Assembly (NCBI GenBank): GCA_049699855.1
Contig: JBNAWM010000018.1
Location: forward strand, 1-18,073
Source of the DNA: Candidatus Cryosericum sp.
Lineage (GTDB): Bacteria > Caldisericota > Caldisericia > Cryosericales > Cryosericaceae
Length of the DNA stretch: 18,073 nucleotides
Reading direction: 5' to 3'
Shown: piece by piece, positions 15,324-18,073 of the stretch
Numbering within the stretch: the first letter of the stretch is position 1
How the letters are laid out: each line of letters begins with the position of its first letter
Made by a program: the position numbers and the translations under genes
Notes under the pieces: generated by a model
What the model was told of the DNA's origin: nothing
Seen by the model: only the letters and a program-made list of their open reading frames with translations
Databases searched by the model: none

Positions 15324-16361
15324 ATGAGTTCTGCACTGCATCGTGAGGAGATTCCGGGCATCCGCAAGGGCGCCCGGAATCTCTTGCTTGTGGCCGCTCC
15401 GACCTGTGGAATACTGATTCTGCTGGCAGTGCGGTCCTCGGCTCGCAGCCTTGAAAGCCCACTCCATCTGCGGTGGCAGTTTGTCGGGATCCTTGCCGCC
15501 CTGGCGCTGTTGAAGTGGGCAGTCGACAGCTGTCGATTTTGGCTTATCGCCCGCCTCGCGGGCGCGCCGATTTCTTGCTGGCACAGCATCCAGGTGTATC
15601 TGGCAAGTGTGTTCGCAGCCAACGTTACACCGTTCTATGCAGGAGGCCTGGCCACGCAGACGTATTTCCTGTCGTCCAGTGGCGGCTCTCCTGGAGTGTC
15701 GGCAGCGGTCGGTACCCTGTATGCGGTTTTCAATCTGGTGGTCAACCTGGTTTTTGCACTTGCCGTGCTGATCTGGACCCCTGTCTCCCTGCTGGGAGCC
15801 CGCCGTCTTGCTTTCGTGGGACTCGCTGTTGTGATGGCATTGCTCTCCGCCCTGGTCGTTCTCCTGCTGAGTCATCTGGATGGTGCCGAGAGACTGTTAA
15901 GATCGATTCTGAGGCGTCGTCCTGCCGCAGGCGATGCTGCTGTCCGGGGGCTGCGCGGATTCTCGGACGGAGTTCGGATGTTTCTGACTGGGCATGGCCG
16001 CGCCATGGCGGGAATTTTGGGCATTTCGCTGATCTCTCAGCTGCTCTCACTCGCGTTTACTCCCCTTGCATTCCGGGCATTGGGAATGTGGAATGTCTCC
16101 TGCCGGCAGATCGTGTTGACGCAGATTGGCGTCCAACTTTCCAGCAGCATGGGAGCGACGCCGGGTGGAGCAGGCATTGTGGAGGGCAGTTTTGGGCTGT
16201 TCTTCCAACCACTGGCTGGCCCTGCGACAAGCGCGCTTACCCTGCTGTGGCGCAGTGCGACGTTCTATCTCCCGACGCTGGTGGGAGCCGGCATGTTTGT
16301 GTGGCTGATTCAAGGAGAACCTGATGCTGTGCGCCGCCGAGTGCTGGGAGTGGGCACATAG
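15324..16361 (+). CDS. Flippase-like membrane protein (lysylphosphatidylglycerol synthase TM domain / YbhN-UPF0104 family)
   Basis: Many hydrophobic segments plus family motifs FAANVTPFYAGG, TPGGAGIVEG and LLWRSATFYLP. No MprF catalytic domain. Start uncertain (TTG 15321 or ATG 15324). Confidence 0.85.
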   Translation: MSSALHREEIPGIRKGARNLLLVAAPTCGILILLAVRSSARSLESPLHLRWQFVGILAALALLKWAVDSCRFWLIARLAGAPISCWHSIQVYLASVFAANVTPFYAGGLATQTYFLSSSGGSPGVSAAVGTLYAVFNLVVNLVFALAVLIWTPVSLLGARRLAFVGLAVVMALLSALVVLLLSHLDGAERLLRSILRRRPAAGDAAVRGLRGFSDGVRMFLTGHGRAMAGILGISLISQLLSLAFTPLAFRALGMWNVSCRQIVLTQIGVQLSSSMGATPGGAGIVEGSFGLFFQPLAGPATSALTLLWRSATFYLPTLVGAGMFVWLIQGEPDAVRRRVLGVGT

Positions 16362-16363
16362 CA

Positions 16364-16394
16364 CAGCCCCCGGCACGCTTGGGACCGGGGGCTG
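16364..16394. terminator. GC-rich hairpin between the convergent flippase-like gene and gltX; possible bidirectional terminator
   Basis: CAGCCCCCGG (16364-16373) and CCGGGGGCTG (16385-16394) form a perfect 10-bp inverted repeat; no clear U-tract on either strand. Confidence 0.6.
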
Positions 16395-16411
16395 GGTAGT
16401 GCGAGCGCTGA

Positions 16412-17854
16412 TCAGTGATCCAGCGCTTTCTGGAGCCGCTCGTGGATAGAGGCCGGATCCAGCGTGAGGAACAGCTTCACGATCTCGGGACCGTCCTTGG
16501 AGCCAAACAGCGCAACGCGGATGGGGCTGTACAGCTTCTTGGCAGGCAGGTCGATCTGGTTGCGAAGGTCTTCGACCCAGGTGCTCATCGCCTCTTCGCC
16601 TTTGCCAAAAGGAACGGCATCGAAGTGTGCCATGAGGTAGCCCAGGACCTGTTTCGCCTCGGGTGATGAAACGATCTCCTGCGACTTTTCATCGGTGATG
16701 ACGACGTCCGGCTGTACGATGTTGCGGGCCAGGTGGAAGAGGTCTGGCAGGACTTGCGCGTTTCCTTTTGTCAGGTCAATGGCAGCGAGCGTCCTGTCCT
16801 CAGGCAGCCCTGCGAACACTTCAGCATACTGATCAGCGAAGTCTCTCTTGAGGATTGCCAGGATCTCGGCAGCATCTTTCCTGCCAAGGTACATGTGATT
16901 CATCCATGTCAGCTTCTTTTTGTCAAAGACAGCGCCGGACTTGCTCACGCCTTCCAGGGAGAAGTCACGGATCAGCTCGTCCATGGTGAAGAACTCACGG
17001 TCATCCTTTGGAGACCAGCCGAGCAGCACGAGGTAGTTGATGAGTGCTTCCGGGAGGTATCCTTCCTGGCGGTATTCACCCACTGAGACAGCGCCGTGGC
17101 GCTTGGAAAGCTTGCTGTGGTCTGGGGCAAGAATGAGCGAGACATGTGCGAACTGCGGCACGTCAAAGCCCAGCGCCCGATAGATGAAGACCTGCCGCGG
17201 CGTATTGGAGAGATGCTCCTCGGCCCGGATGATGTGGGTGATGTTCATCAGCGCGTCGTCGATGACAGTGGCGAAGTTGTAGATGGGGATGCCGTTCTGG
17301 CGTGCGATGACGAAGTCGTCAAATTCCTCTGCCTTGAACTGGACGTCGCCCCGGATCAGGTCGTGGACGATAACGTCTTCCTGCGGGATGCGCAGGCGGA
17401 TCACATATGGCTTCCCCTCAGCGAGATTTGCAGAGATCTGGTCGGCAGAGAGGTGAGCGCACGTGCCGCCGTAGCGGTAGATGCGGTGCTCCGCCTCAGC
17501 CTTGCGCCGCTCGGCTTCGAGTTCGTCCTTGGTGCAGAAACAGCGATAAGCCTTGTTCTCGTCGAGCAGTTGCTTCAAGTATTTGTCATACAGCGGTTTG
17601 CGCTCGGTCTCACGGTAGGGGCCCAGGTCGCCACCTTTGAGAAATCCTTCATCCCAGTCGAGGCCCAGCCAGCGGATGTCCTCCAGCATGGACTCGATGT
17701 TCTCCTCCGTCGACCGCTCCAGATCCGTATCGTCGAGGCGCATGATGAAGGTGCCGCCTTCATGCCGTGCAAAGAGATAGTTGAAAATGGCCGTGCGGGC
17801 GTTGCCAACATGGATGTGCCCGGTGGGGCTCGGTGCATAGCGTACTCTGACCAT
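16412..17854 (-). CDS. gltX: Glutamate--tRNA ligase
   Basis: VRVRYAPSPTGHIHVGNART (HIGH), RLDDTD, zinc site CFC...YGGTCAH, KLSKR (KMSKS), YLPEALINYLVLLGWS. ATG 17854 preceded by SD GGAGGT. Confidence 0.97.
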   Translation of the reverse strand: MVRVRYAPSPTGHIHVGNARTAIFNYLFARHEGGTFIMRLDDTDLERSTEENIESMLEDIRWLGLDWDEGFLKGGDLGPYRETERKPLYDKYLKQLLDENKAYRCFCTKDELEAERRKAEAEHRIYRYGGTCAHLSADQISANLAEGKPYVIRLRIPQEDVIVHDLIRGDVQFKAEEFDDFVIARQNGIPIYNFATVIDDALMNITHIIRAEEHLSNTPRQVFIYRALGFDVPQFAHVSLILAPDHSKLSKRHGAVSVGEYRQEGYLPEALINYLVLLGWSPKDDREFFTMDELIRDFSLEGVSKSGAVFDKKKLTWMNHMYLGRKDAAEILAILKRDFADQYAEVFAGLPEDRTLAAIDLTKGNAQVLPDLFHLARNIVQPDVVITDEKSQEIVSSPEAKQVLGYLMAHFDAVPFGKGEEAMSTWVEDLRNQIDLPAKKLYSPIRVALFGSKDGPEIVKLFLTLDPASIHERLQKALDH

Positions 17855-17881
17855 GATTACCTCCACAATGAGTTCTCTCAT

Positions 17882-17909
17882 ATTCTACGGGCGCACATGC
17901 AAAATGCAA
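17882..17909 (-). promoter_or_regulatory. Putative sigma70 promoter of gltX
   Basis: Minus strand TTGCAT (17909-17904), 16-nt spacer, TAGAAT (17887-17882). Confidence 0.6.
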
Positions 17910-17930
17910 TGATGAAGCAGACCGTGGGCT

Positions 17931-18051
17931 ATCCCCGAATGTGCGCCGCGTCACCCTCGAATGTCGGCTCCTCCGTCATCCCCGAATGTCGCCTCCTCCG
18001 TCATCCCCGAGTGTTTTAGTCCGTCATCCCCGAGTGTTTTAGTCGGGGATC
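17931..18051. repeat. Tandem array of five related 22-25 bp units (core CGTCATCCCCGARTGT) ending in a complete REP-like palindrome
   Basis: Units at about 17931 (ATCCCCGAATGT), 17949 (CGTCACCCTCGAATGTC), 17974 (CGTCATCCCCGAATGTC), 17999 and 18022 (identical CGTCATCCCCGAGTGTTTTAGTC). The last unit closes ATCCCCGA-N9-TCGGGGAT (18026-18050). Confidence 0.85.
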
Positions 18052-18073
18052 ATCCCAGCGAACCCGACGTGCA

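Noticed and set aside
15473..16324. 283-aa alternative-frame ORF inside the flippase-like gene
   Set aside because: Cys/Arg/Trp-rich composition typical of an off-frame read; the overlapping frame carries the family motifs.
15324..16361. Full MprF lysyl-phosphatidylglycerol synthase
   Set aside because: Only about 345 aa of membrane domain; the cytoplasmic aminoacyl-transferase domain is absent.
17096..18019. 307-aa plus-strand ORF
   Set aside because: Antisense shadow of gltX running into the repeat array; no motif or SD.
17931..18051. CRISPR array
   Set aside because: Periods are only 22-25 bp with no unique spacers of about 30 nt, and there are no cas genes in the window.

Overview
GC-rich bacterial chromosomal window made mostly of core genes. 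On the + strand it opens with the 3' end of hrcA joined directly to rsmE-mtaB. A minus-strand block follows: roadblock/LC7 protein, a 95-aa coiled-coil protein, an Hrq1/YprA(MrfA)-type DEAH helicase with a C-terminal 4-Cys DUF1998 domain, and a rubrerythrin/ferritin-like di-iron protein. Next is the conserved rpsB-tsf-pyrH-frr-uppS-dxr-rseP-ispG cluster, with a near-consensus promoter and an S2-leader (t44-like) RNA but no cdsA. After ispG lies a separately promoted three-gene module (winged-helix regulator, radical SAM enzyme with a Twitch/SPASM-like C-terminus, YbhN/UPF0104 flippase-like membrane protein). This is the best candidate for an uncharacterised system, probably membrane-lipid modification. 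The window ends with a convergent gltX and a graded tandem array of REP-like half-sites ending in one complete palindrome. No mobile element gene, CRISPR array, tRNA or rRNA was recognised. All family assignments come from motif recognition by eye; no database searches were run.
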